64,000 bases of DNA from an uncultured Spirochaetota bacterium (GTDB lineage: Bacteria; Spirochaetota; Brevinematia; Brevinematales; JAOACQ01). Below, piece by piece: positions 1 to 9,056 of this stretch. The translations under genes were made by a program, and so were the position numbers. Every line of letters begins with the position of its first letter. The first letter of the stretch is position 1. Under the pieces are notes generated by a model that worked only from the letters and a program-made list of their open reading frames with translations, made no database searches and was not told the DNA's origin. Location of the stretch: the NCBI GenBank assembly GCA_963768055.1, contig CAVYGN010000002.1:1056001-1120000 (forward strand). The letters run 5' to 3'.

Positions 1-456
1 GCGCCGCTGCAGGGGCAGGGACCGCAAAGTTGGGGCGATACCGTAACGCTGGACATCCTTTTTAATCATATGTTCAGAAAACAATACTATTCTCATCCGG
101 ATTATGCAAATCTTGGCGGCCAGATCATGGCGGTTCTTAAAGTGACCCTGGCTCAGTTCAATTGGGCTGGCATAATATTCGCAATACTTGGATTTCTTTA
201 TTTACTCCTTGTAAGGAACAGTGTATGGGCCCTTTATACTCTTATGGCTTATGTGATTTCATATGCGGGGTTGATCTTATATATTAATTTCCAGATCGAC
301 CCGGCGACTATGTCGACCCAGAAACAGTATTTTTCGCAACTTCACTTGCTGATTGCTCTTTATATAAGTTTCGGGTTTCAGCTGATACTTGACCTGTCAC
401 AAGGCAGAATCAAGTTGAAAAACCTTCTCTTTATTAAAAATAACCGCCGCGGCTGA
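1..456 (+). CDS. C-terminal part of a membrane protein (DUF2723/TMEM260-like), truncated by the window start
   Basis: Frame is open from base 1 (APLQGQGPQSWGDTVTLDILFNHMFRKQY). The WG...H..R.QY segment followed by TM helices resembles DUF2723 proteins. Confidence 0.45.
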   Translation, partial: APLQGQGPQSWGDTVTLDILFNHMFRKQYYSHPDYANLGGQIMAVLKVTLAQFNWAGIIFAILGFLYLLLVRNSVWALYTLMAYVISYAGLILYINFQIDPATMSTQKQYFSQLHLLIALYISFGFQLILDLSQGRIKLKNLLFIKNNRRG

Positions 457-524
457 TTATTTGATTTTTTTACTGCCCATAATTAAATTATATTGTAATC
501 AGATCAAAATACGAGGTAATCAGA

Positions 525-1064
525 ATGCTTAAAAAGTTTTTTTCAGCAGCAGCTTCACTATTTAAGATAGATGGAAAAAAGTGGCAGACGATGAATATTG
601 ACAAGCTTTTTTTCGAGGCCCAAACCGATAGATATTTTCTAATTCTAAAAGCAGCCGGGAAGAATAAAAGTGATGAGAGCGTGTTTCTGACAATCGGCAA
701 TGTCTTTGATGAAAATGTATTCGCTAATCTTTTTATGAAGGCGGAGAATACAAAAAGGCTGTTCGATCAGCTGGGTATTCGAATAAAAAAGATAAGGATC
801 TTGAAAAAAGTCAGTTCTTCGGATTCTGCTGAATGCATAGTAAGTATGGGAATATCGCAAAAGATTTTAAAAATGTCAACCGTTGATGCTATAAGGATGG
901 CCCTTGAAAACAACAGGAGTGTTGAAGTTCTTCATGGAATGGTCAAAGCCGAAAAATTCGATCTTTCAAGTGCTGCAAATATGTCGTCAAAAATAATCAA
1001 TAATGTATTTTCCTCGAAGTTTATCGAAAGAGATGTTCATAACAATAACGAGGTGATTATGTGA
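525..1064 (+). CDS. degenerate bifunctional nuclease (DUF151)-like protein
   Basis: GAGG RBS; YFLILK...VFLTIG and DAIRMALE..SVEV echo the DUF151 pattern, but the usual IG..EA, RP.THDL and DARPSDA motifs are absent. Confidence 0.35.
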   Translation: MLKKFFSAAASLFKIDGKKWQTMNIDKLFFEAQTDRYFLILKAAGKNKSDESVFLTIGNVFDENVFANLFMKAENTKRLFDQLGIRIKKIRILKKVSSSDSAECIVSMGISQKILKMSTVDAIRMALENNRSVEVLHGMVKAEKFDLSSAANMSSKIINNVFSSKFIERDVHNNNEVIM

Positions 1065-2503
1065 AATGGCCGGCCCTTTTGCTTTTTTTTATTGTTCTTC
1101 AGGCAGGTTTTCTTTTTTCATCTGAAATAGAGAAATATATCATTCCCGGTTCTTTTATAATTTTCTTTCCATCCACGGAAAACTTAATTGACTCTTCCAT
1201 GAGCCTTTTAAAGAGGTTTTATTCTCATAATTATGAACAAATGATGCTTCAAATGAGTTCTGATTCTAAAAACTCATATGGGATCGATATCTTCGATTTA
1301 AAAAGTCTTGAAAAAGCAGGAATAGAATTGAAAAATCCTCTCTGCTTTGTCCATATTTCAAATGATACGGGTTATATGCTAGTCCCGGTTAAATCAAAAA
1401 ATGACATAACTGCTTTTATTAAAAGCAATATAAAAACAAAGGTTCCCTTCAGGTTTTTTGGCAATTATATAGCATTATCTAAAGACAAATCGGTTTTTGA
1501 TCTCATTGCCAGGGATAGTATCGATAAAAACACGGGGTTTTTAATTTCTGCTAAGAAGCTCTCTTTTGATTGGAATAAAATATTTATCTGGATGGAAAGC
1601 ACATACTTAAGCAGCGCGTCTTCTTCGATCGGAGTGACTGCCAATCTCAAACTCCCTTACGGTTTTACGGCATTTACAGTAAATATTACAGACCAGAAAG
1701 TTTCGGTTAGATCATATGGGGGAATTATTCCGCTTAATCAAAAGCTCTATTTGCAGAATATTAACAATATATCAATTCAGGAAAAATATGATCTTCTGGA
1801 CTTTATGGAAGGCAATCCCGCTCTTGCCGGACAGGTTTACATAAATATACCTTTATTGTATAAATATTATTCATTTATTGACAGTATCAATATTCTCGGC
1901 ATAAAAGGCTTTGTTAACGAACTTCACGATAAATATAGAGTAAATATTGAAAGGGACCTGATAGATAATACCGACGGCCGTATAAAATTGGTAATAAATA
2001 AATTTGACACGGAAAATAACGAATACGTACTATACGGTTCAATCGGGATCAGGGATGCTAAAACAGCCGGATATTTTATGGATTCGCTGAAAAACGCCAT
2101 CCTTCAATCCGATAATCAGCTTTTCACTTTCGATTTATTTACGAAACCCTTTTACCATTTTAAAACTCAAAATTATTCAATATTTTATGGGGCAATCGGA
2201 AATGATCTGTTTTTTTCAACAGATAAAGACGTATTAACAAATCTTATCAAGAATATTTTTGAGAATAAAACTGTTTCAGCCGATAAATTACCCCCTTTTT
2301 TCAAGGAAGCAAAGGAGAAAAATTCGGCCGGGTTTTATTTCACGCTTGATACTCAGGGTTTATTCAGCCAGATTAAAACTGATATGCAATTTGACAAGGA
2401 TATACTCATAGGTGTTAAAAATATATATATATACGGCACTCCGGACTCCAGTGATAAGGTGTTCGGGTGGAATTGTAATTTTGACTTTAATTTCTACCGG
2501 TAA
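1061..2503 (+). CDS. exported hypothetical protein
   Basis: 480-aa ORF, GTG start overlapping the upstream stop, N-terminal signal peptide. Confidence 0.7.
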   Translation: MKWPALLLFFIVLQAGFLFSSEIEKYIIPGSFIIFFPSTENLIDSSMSLLKRFYSHNYEQMMLQMSSDSKNSYGIDIFDLKSLEKAGIELKNPLCFVHISNDTGYMLVPVKSKNDITAFIKSNIKTKVPFRFFGNYIALSKDKSVFDLIARDSIDKNTGFLISAKKLSFDWNKIFIWMESTYLSSASSSIGVTANLKLPYGFTAFTVNITDQKVSVRSYGGIIPLNQKLYLQNINNISIQEKYDLLDFMEGNPALAGQVYINIPLLYKYYSFIDSINILGIKGFVNELHDKYRVNIERDLIDNTDGRIKLVINKFDTENNEYVLYGSIGIRDAKTAGYFMDSLKNAILQSDNQLFTFDLFTKPFYHFKTQNYSIFYGAIGNDLFFSTDKDVLTNLIKNIFENKTVSADKLPPFFKEAKEKNSAGFYFTLDTQGLFSQIKTDMQFDKDILIGVKNIYIYGTPDSSDKVFGWNCNFDFNFYR

Positions 2504-2526
2504 TAAAGTTTAAATCGGGGGAAGAA

Positions 2527-3015
2527 ATGGATAAACAGTACGTCAGTTTTGAAATAGCGAACAGTAAGTATTGTGTTGACGTTGACGATATCAAAGAAGT
2601 TGTCAGGGAGGAGAATATTACAACCCTGCCTAATGCTCCTTCATTTGTCGAGGGGCTTACCAATTTGAGGGGGGTTGTTATTCCTGTTATATCGATAAGA
2701 AAAAAACTAGGCATCAAACAGGCTGTACCGGCAGTGGAAGATACGATTCAGGCGGGACACCGCGAGGCAAAAAAGTTGATGATTGTCAATATCGATGGAG
2801 TGCTTGTAGCTTTTGCCGTAGATTCGCTTGATAAAGTATTCCCTGTCGATGTGAAAGATATACAAACTTCCGAAAAGGTCCTCGACAGTTCTATTGACAA
2901 ATCGCTTATTCAGGGCTTTGTAAAGGTTGATGAGAGCCTTTATCTTATTCTTGATATAAAAAAAATGCTTGATTTTGATGAAAGATATTTCATCCGAAAA
3001 GAGGTAATGGAATAA
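2527..3015 (+). CDS. cheW: chemotaxis protein CheW
   Basis: LPNAPSFVEGLTNLRGVVIPVI and YLILDIKKML motifs. Confidence 0.92.
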   Translation: MDKQYVSFEIANSKYCVDVDDIKEVVREENITTLPNAPSFVEGLTNLRGVVIPVISIRKKLGIKQAVPAVEDTIQAGHREAKKLMIVNIDGVLVAFAVDSLDKVFPVDVKDIQTSEKVLDSSIDKSLIQGFVKVDESLYLILDIKKMLDFDERYFIRKEVME

Positions 3016-3166
3016 TATTTTACCATTTTTTTGATGGAGGGAAAGGTTATAAGAGTTGTATTTTTTTTTAAAATATGATACCATCTCTTGATGTTTTTTA
3101 TAATGTGTCATACCAGCCTACTCCAATAAGCTTCGTTTAATAAGAATTTGAAAAGGAGGGAATATT

Positions 3167-4162
3167 ATGAGTAAAACCAGATTACTGACAGTTGTTTTTT
3201 TGTGTGTTGGGATAGTCACGGCATATGCGCAGCAGACAACAGCCCCCGATCAGGGCACCAATACAGCCGTTACTGCTTCTACAAATGAAATGACGACCAA
3301 TCAGGTTACAAGCGAGAAAGAGGTTGTTGCCACACAGGGACTAGTTTATAATGATGGAACGATGGATTATGTTTCTCCGGATATCAAGTTCAAAATCGAC
3401 GCTAAAGACGACCAGGGATCGGGCGTTAAGTCAATATCGGTGATGATTGACGATTCTCAATTCGGTATCTACGAGGATCCGATCGCGTTTTTTACTGACG
3501 GCAAGCATATGATCGCTTATAAAGCCGAGAATAATGTAGGAAATATTTCTCCGATCAAGTATTATGAGTTTATCCTCGATAAGAACCCTCCGAAGGTGTC
3601 ATTAACGAGCGATAAGAAAGTTGTAAAGATCAAGGATATTTCTTATGTCAGTTCAAATGTCAATTACGGTATCTATGCCGAGGACGATTTTTCAGGCGTT
3701 AAATGGATAAATTATAAACTTGACGACGGGCAGGACACTGTTTATGACAAGCCTTTCGTTCCTATTGTTGCCGACGGCCTTCATAAGATCACTTATAAAG
3801 CCTCCGATAACGTAGGCAATATAAGTCAGGATCAGACATACATGTTTTACATGGTTTTGAATCCGCCTACAGTGGCTTTTTCCGTCGATCCCGTATTTGA
3901 AACGAATGGCAACAAATACATATCGCCTTCAACTGTGATCAAGATCGTCGCTACAGACCCTGAAATAGCAGTTGCTAACATCAGTTATATAGTTGACGAC
4001 GGGGCGGCTATGGACTACCAGAGCCCCTTGAAGCTCAAGGGAGGCACCCATACTATAAAAGCTACCGCTACCGATCTTGTGGGGAACGTAAGCCAGCAGA
4101 CAAATATTACAGTTATTGTCGACGCCACTATTCCTGAAGCTGAACTTACTCCTACTAAATAA
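3167..4162 (+). CDS. secreted Ig-like repeat protein (OmpL47-type domains)
   Basis: Signal peptide; three repeats of A.D..SGV..I.Y..DDG....Y..P....G.H.I.YKA.DNVGN. Confidence 0.75.
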   Translation: MSKTRLLTVVFLCVGIVTAYAQQTTAPDQGTNTAVTASTNEMTTNQVTSEKEVVATQGLVYNDGTMDYVSPDIKFKIDAKDDQGSGVKSISVMIDDSQFGIYEDPIAFFTDGKHMIAYKAENNVGNISPIKYYEFILDKNPPKVSLTSDKKVVKIKDISYVSSNVNYGIYAEDDFSGVKWINYKLDDGQDTVYDKPFVPIVADGLHKITYKASDNVGNISQDQTYMFYMVLNPPTVAFSVDPVFETNGNKYISPSTVIKIVATDPEIAVANISYIVDDGAAMDYQSPLKLKGGTHTIKATATDLVGNVSQQTNITVIVDATIPEAELTPTK

Positions 4163-4186
4163 TAAGAATTATTAATTTTTCAAAAG

Positions 4187-4215
4187 AAGGGGCTGCCTGA
4201 AAAGGCGGCCCTTTA
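4187..4215 (+). terminator. intrinsic terminator
   Basis: GGGCTGCCT-GAAA-AGGCGGCCC hairpin followed by TTTT. Confidence 0.75.
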
Positions 4216-4355
4216 TTATTGATTGATTCTTTAATGAAGATTGTGACTTCAAGCGCAGTGTTTATCCTGAAAGGGTTTATCCCACCCATCAAAGGGTCCT
4301 CGAAATGGCATAGTCGGCGAATAACAAAAAGGCTGGCTTATTCCCTTACCCCGAA

Positions 4356-4620
4356 TTAAAGACAATAAGCAATTCATATGAAGTTAATTTTTTTATGCGT
4401 GTTATGAGCAAGCGTAAGAACTGCCGCTGAAAAACTGGAGCAAGCGCTTATCCAAGGCCGCTCGATGTATTTAATCATCTCATATTGATAAAAAAACTCA
4501 TTTTTTAATAAAAGAATTCCATCAGCGCTTGCAACAGTTTTGAAACGATGCAGTTCAAGCTTGCAAATTCAGCGCAGTAAAAAAATTAGCTTCATGAAAA
4601 GATCTGTATATTGTCTTTAA
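4356..4620. repeat. ~255-265 bp rod-like palindromic element, copy 1 (MITE or structured ncRNA)
   Basis: 12-bp perfect terminal IR TTAAAGACAATA/TATTGTCTTTAA, nested internal IRs, homologous to the reverse complement of 17970-18223. Confidence 0.85.
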
Positions 4621-5573
4621 TAAGGATCCCACTCGCAGTCGTAAAAATCTTCAGGCTTGGTCCTTTCCCACCTTCCATGGCCCAAAGAAAACCATTGATC
4701 GGGGTATTCCAGTATTATTCTCTCATACTGTTTATTAATCCATGTTATTATTTCGGCGCAATCTTTTTCTATATTGCCTGAGGGGGGAAAAGATACAGGT
4801 TCTTCATACCTTAAAATATATTTACCGTCGGGCCGCCTTATGCTGAAAGCCATTAAGATCGGCGCGCCGTATTGGAGATGGAATCTCGCGGGACCGTCGG
4901 CGGTAGCAGCGGGAAGTCCGAAGAAAGGAACGAAGATCGGCTTGAAATAGTATGTCTGGTCGTTAACGAAAGCGACGGCGCCTCCCTTTTTTATATGTTT
5001 CATTATTTTCTTAAGGTCCCCGATTTCATTATAAAAATTCTTCATCTTGGTATATTTTTCCCTGAAATTCTTAAGCCAGGCATCGGTGTAGGGATTGAAC
5101 TGCCTGTTTATGATGACCGCAACGTCCTTCCCGAGTAAAGCAGGGATCCCGCCGAGATAATCCCAGTTGCCCATATGTGCGGTAACGACGATCAATCCTT
5201 TGCCGAGGGCAAGAGCTTTTTCTACATTTTCAAAACCCTCGAGTACGGCGAATTTTTTGTAGGTTTTGATGCTCAGATCCCTTAGTTTAATAAATTCCAT
5301 ACTCCACCTGACAACTGACAAATATAGATTTTTAACGATTTCAACTTTCCTGGTTTCCGGCAGGGGGGGCTCTTTATAAATGACATCGAGACTCTTGAAA
5401 GAAAGCTTCTTGAAGCTCAAGGGCAGAACATAAAGAAATTTTGCGATCAGATCTCCTACAAAATATAAGATCCTTCTCGGTATAAGACTGAGCATAAAAG
5501 CAAGAGGAACGACGATAATATATTCCAGGATATATAAAAATCGCTGAAATCCGCCGATTTTACGCTTCGCCAA
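4617..5573 (-). CDS. lpxL: lipid A late acyltransferase (LpxL/HtrB family)
   Basis: HMGNWD (HX4D) motif, DQ...VPFFG..A, YPDQW; TTG start with AAAGGAG RBS. Confidence 0.8.
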   Translation of the reverse strand: MAKRKIGGFQRFLYILEYIIVVPLAFMLSLIPRRILYFVGDLIAKFLYVLPLSFKKLSFKSLDVIYKEPPLPETRKVEIVKNLYLSVVRWSMEFIKLRDLSIKTYKKFAVLEGFENVEKALALGKGLIVVTAHMGNWDYLGGIPALLGKDVAVIINRQFNPYTDAWLKNFREKYTKMKNFYNEIGDLKKIMKHIKKGGAVAFVNDQTYYFKPIFVPFFGLPAATADGPARFHLQYGAPILMAFSIRRPDGKYILRYEEPVSFPPSGNIEKDCAEIITWINKQYERIILEYPDQWFSLGHGRWERTKPEDFYDCEWDPY

Positions 5574-5610
5574 GGGTAACTCCTTTAGTACATTATTGGT
5601 TTAATCATAT

Positions 5611-5639
5611 ATTATAACCCCGAACCTGCCGATTTTCAA
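5611..5639 (-). promoter_or_regulatory. sigma70-type promoter of lpxL
   Basis: TTGAAA-17-TATAAT on the minus strand. Confidence 0.65.
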
Positions 5640-5778
5640 TAAATCATCCACCAAGTGAAACCACTAATGTCCAACTCTCGGGTAGGTAATAACTAACCAC
5701 AGATTAACACAGATATACACAGATATCTTTGAAATCAATATTTAATAATTCCCATCAAATCAAAAAGAAAAACTTTAA

Positions 5779-5807
5779 TTGATAATAAAACAATATTAAA
5801 ATATACT
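5779..5807 (+). promoter_or_regulatory. sigma70-type promoter inside the cassette
   Basis: TTGATA-17-TATACT upstream of the AAAGGA RBS of 5840. Confidence 0.55.
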
Positions 5808-5839
5808 GTTATAAAGTTAGTGTATAAAAGGAATTTAAT

Positions 5840-6271
5840 ATGAGTAAAAAAAATAAGAAAGATAATTTAGAATTACTATATCCAGGTTGTATTGACGATT
5901 TAAGAAATTACAAAAATCAATTTTGGTATTTGAATTATTATAGTTTTTTAATTTTTGGTGTGATTTATTGGGTTTATGATTTTTTAAATAAAAAATATCC
6001 ACAGTCTTTGATTTTACTTTTTTTAATCTTGATAATATTTTCTAAAATATTTGCTTTAATCATCTACATCCATATGAAATTGAGGGAATCTTTAAAAGAC
6101 AATAGAAAATGGATAAAATTAATAAGAGAACAACTAAGTATCAAACCTCTTGATGAAAAAGATTCAATAAATTTTAATAGAAACAGTTTTTCTATAGAAA
6201 ATATATTTTTAATAATTTTAATTCTTGGGTTTTTATTAAGTGTTTTTTTAATAATTATAAATTTTGCATAA
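5840..6271 (+). CDS. very AT-rich orphan membrane protein (about 3 TM segments)
   Basis: 143-aa ORF with RBS and hydrophobic segments; composition differs strongly from its neighbours. Confidence 0.65.
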   Translation: MSKKNKKDNLELLYPGCIDDLRNYKNQFWYLNYYSFLIFGVIYWVYDFLNKKYPQSLILLFLILIIFSKIFALIIYIHMKLRESLKDNRKWIKLIREQLSIKPLDEKDSINFNRNSFSIENIFLIILILGFLLSVFLIIINFA

Positions 6272-6368
6272 TAATTATTAAAAGATTTCACTGATATCAC
6301 AAATTATAATCTGTCCCATCTGTGAAATCTGTGGTTCCGATCCTTTTTCCGTTTATTCGTTTTAATAC

Positions 6369-6397
6369 TTGAAATTAATCGTCTAATATGATAAAAT
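6369..6397 (+). promoter_or_regulatory. sigma70-type promoter of the yebC operon
   Basis: TTGAAA-17-TAAAAT with TG extension. Confidence 0.6.
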
Positions 6398-6424
6398 CTT
6401 TCACCCTATTTGATGGAGGAAAGC

Positions 6425-7177
6425 ATGTCAGGTCATAATAAATGGGCCAATATCAAGCAAAGGAAAGGCTCACAGGACGCCAAGCGCAGCAATCTTTTTT
6501 CAAAAATCGTTAAAGAAATAATTATTTCTGCGAGGCGAGGCGGCGGCAACATCGATACAAACGCACCGCTACGGACTGCTGTCGAAAAAGCCAGGGAAGC
6601 AAATATGCCCAAGGATAATATCGATAAAGCCATCAAAAGGGGAACCGGTGAAATCGAAGGTGTCGTCTACGAAGAATTGACATACGAAGGTTACGGGCCC
6701 GGCGGTGTAGCAGTGATCATGGATATTACAACAGATAGTAAAAACAGAACGGCTGCTGAAATAAGGAAAATTTTCTCGAAGCATGGCGGCAACCTCGGTG
6801 AATCCGGGAGTGTGGCATGGATGTTTGATAAAAAAGGGTATATAGCTGTCGACGGGACCAAGCATACCGAGGATGAAATTATGGAAATCGGCCTTGAACT
6901 TGGTGCCGATGACATTAAGAAAAATGAGGACGTTATTGAAGTTTTAACAGCTGTGGAAAGTTATAATCATATACTTGACGGATTAAAGAAAAAAAACATT
7001 ATTATTCTTTCATCCGAGGTTACACGAATACCTCAGAATATGATTAAGCTTGAAAGAGATAAATCTATGTCTTTATTAAAATTGATGGATGAACTTGAAA
7101 ATCATGACGACATTCAAAATGTTGCGTCCAACGCAGACATTGAAGACAGTGTTATAGAGGAATTTGCAGATCTCTAA
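6425..7177 (+). CDS. yebC: YebC/PmpR family protein
   Basis: MSGHNKWANIK and YEGYGPGG motifs; GGAGG RBS before ATG 6425. Confidence 0.95.
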   Translation: MSGHNKWANIKQRKGSQDAKRSNLFSKIVKEIIISARRGGGNIDTNAPLRTAVEKAREANMPKDNIDKAIKRGTGEIEGVVYEELTYEGYGPGGVAVIMDITTDSKNRTAAEIRKIFSKHGGNLGESGSVAWMFDKKGYIAVDGTKHTEDEIMEIGLELGADDIKKNEDVIEVLTAVESYNHILDGLKKKNIIILSSEVTRIPQNMIKLERDKSMSLLKLMDELENHDDIQNVASNADIEDSVIEEFADL

Positions 7178-7178
7178 A

Positions 7179-8369
7179 ATGAGAAAAAAAATCCTATTTA
7201 CCAGCAACTGCTTCGGGGAAGACAGGAGTGCGGCGCTTATCGCCGGTGAACTTAAGCGGTTGTTAGCGGAAAAAGGCCTTGAAATGGATGTTTCCGGAGC
7301 TTCCCTGATAAGTGAGGGAAAGGACTATGTCTCGAGAGGCATTGATCTTCTCTATTCTTCATATGTCCCCCCATCAGGAGGGTTTCCAACCCGAAGTTTT
7401 AAAGGTTTTATTACAGACTTGTTCCATATGCCTGTCCTTTTTAAATTCATTAAAACCATTAAAAAAGTTCGGGATGATATCTTTCTCTGCATTGTAGTAG
7501 GCGATATACCTCTTCTTTTTTTAACCCGGATGGCCCTGAAAAACAATGTTATAGTCTTTTTAGCCCCGGCAAAATCCGATTATATCGAACCTCATTATGC
7601 TATTGAGGAATGGTATATGAAAAAAAATGCGGACTTTGTACTGACTCATGATGAATATACTGCCTCTAATCTCAGAAAGAAAAATATTAACGCCCTCTTC
7701 CTTGGAAATCCTATGATGGACGGGCTTGGCGGAATCGGGGAACCGGTAATTCTTAATACTTATCTTAAAGATCGTGGCCTTACAGGCCGTAATCTTCCGG
7801 TTATCGGGATCCTTCCCGGAAGCCGTGAAGAGGCTTACGATAATTTTAATCTGATCCTTGGACTTATTGATCTCCTGGCGATAAAGAAAAAGCTTGTTTA
7901 TTTAGCGGCGATCTCCGGCAGTCTCGATACGGAGGTCATTAAACGCAAATCGGCCCCGCTTGGCTGGAATGCAATTAAAAGAGAGGGGCATACAGTATTG
8001 GAAAAGGGCGGTGAAAAAGTCCTTCTTTGCAGGAATAACTTTAGTGAAGTACTTCATCTTTCAGATATTGTCATAGGACTGGCCGGTACCGCGAATGAGC
8101 AGGCAGCCGGTCTGGGCAAGCCGATTGTCGGGTTTAAAGGCATGGGCCCTCAAACGACTGCCCGCAGGATGGAGGAACAGGAAAGGCTCCTCGGAGGCGC
8201 CTTAAAATTCGTAAAATCATACCCTCATGAAGCAGTCAATGAAATATTGCTGCTTCTTGATAATCCCGGCGAAAGAAAATCCAGGGGTGATGCCGGAATA
8301 GCAAGGATGGGCGGCGGGGGAGGGGCGAGAAAAATCTCGGAATTGATAATTCGGGAATATTTCGACTAA
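7179..8369 (+). CDS. lipid-A-disaccharide synthase-related glycosyltransferase
   Basis: SN..GED, PSGGF, GNPMMD, ILPGSR, GLAGTANEQAAGLGKP motifs. Confidence 0.8.
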   Translation: MRKKILFTSNCFGEDRSAALIAGELKRLLAEKGLEMDVSGASLISEGKDYVSRGIDLLYSSYVPPSGGFPTRSFKGFITDLFHMPVLFKFIKTIKKVRDDIFLCIVVGDIPLLFLTRMALKNNVIVFLAPAKSDYIEPHYAIEEWYMKKNADFVLTHDEYTASNLRKKNINALFLGNPMMDGLGGIGEPVILNTYLKDRGLTGRNLPVIGILPGSREEAYDNFNLILGLIDLLAIKKKLVYLAAISGSLDTEVIKRKSAPLGWNAIKREGHTVLEKGGEKVLLCRNNFSEVLHLSDIVIGLAGTANEQAAGLGKPIVGFKGMGPQTTARRMEEQERLLGGALKFVKSYPHEAVNEILLLLDNPGERKSRGDAGIARMGGGGGARKISELIIREYFD

Positions 8370-8392
8370 CCGATCGTTATAAGGAGAAGAAT

Positions 8393-8899
8393 ATGGGTAA
8401 AAATGGAGAAGACAAAAAAAACGTTGGGGTCAGGCTGCCTTTTATAGGTATTATTTTGATTTTAGCCGGACTTTTATTTTTAGTAAGCGCAATAGTGCCT
8501 GATTTCACTATTTCAAAATTATGGCCGCTTTTTATGCTTATCCCTGTTTTTATTTTTGTTCAGCTTTTGCTGGATGAAGGCAGGGAAAGTGCTGGAGTAA
8601 TTGTGCCCGGAGTTATATTGTTATATCTAACTATATACTTTTTATGGCTCAATTTTACATCATGGAGCAATATATCGTCTACCTGGCCTAATTTTATACT
8701 GGCGCCTGCAGCCGGGCTTTTTTGCTTTTACCTGGCCGAAAGGAAAGCAGGACTGCTTATTCCGGTGTTTGTACTCGTCATTTTGGCATTGATATTCTTT
8801 GGAGGAATATTCAATTCGAGTTTCGGTATTGCACTGATCTTTATCGCCGGAGGCATATTGCTCCTCCTTGGGCCTGTCTTTAAAAGAAAAAAGGATTAA
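8393..8899 (+). CDS. multi-pass membrane protein (LiaI/LiaF-like TM repeats)
   Basis: GIILILAGLLFL...LWP repeat pattern. Confidence 0.65.
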   Translation: MGKNGEDKKNVGVRLPFIGIILILAGLLFLVSAIVPDFTISKLWPLFMLIPVFIFVQLLLDEGRESAGVIVPGVILLYLTIYFLWLNFTSWSNISSTWPNFILAPAAGLFCFYLAERKAGLLIPVFVLVILALIFFGGIFNSSFGIALIFIAGGILLLLGPVFKRKKD

Positions 8900-9056
8900 G
8901 GGCGGCTCTGATAACTCGGGAACATTGCCTTTTGCACCAGCAAGCTACTCAGCCAGTTCAAATAACAAAACTTTTAACTTTTCAAATCCGGAACTTTTTC
9001 TTGAAAATTATAATAAACAGTGATAATATTAATTAATATGCAGCAAGGATCTGTTT

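Larger units (their letters stand above)
5695..6336. mobile_element. CACAGAT-repeat-bounded AT-rich cassette
   Basis: Left end AACCACAGATTAACACAGATATACACAGAT, right end ATCTGTCCCATCTGTGAAATCTGTGGTT; the same ends occur at 30409-30678. Confidence 0.6.

Noticed and set aside
4356..4620. Small-peptide coding or simple terminator role for the rod element
   Set aside because: Short ORFs are not conserved between copies; the structure is far longer than a terminator, and the upstream gene already has one at 4187-4215
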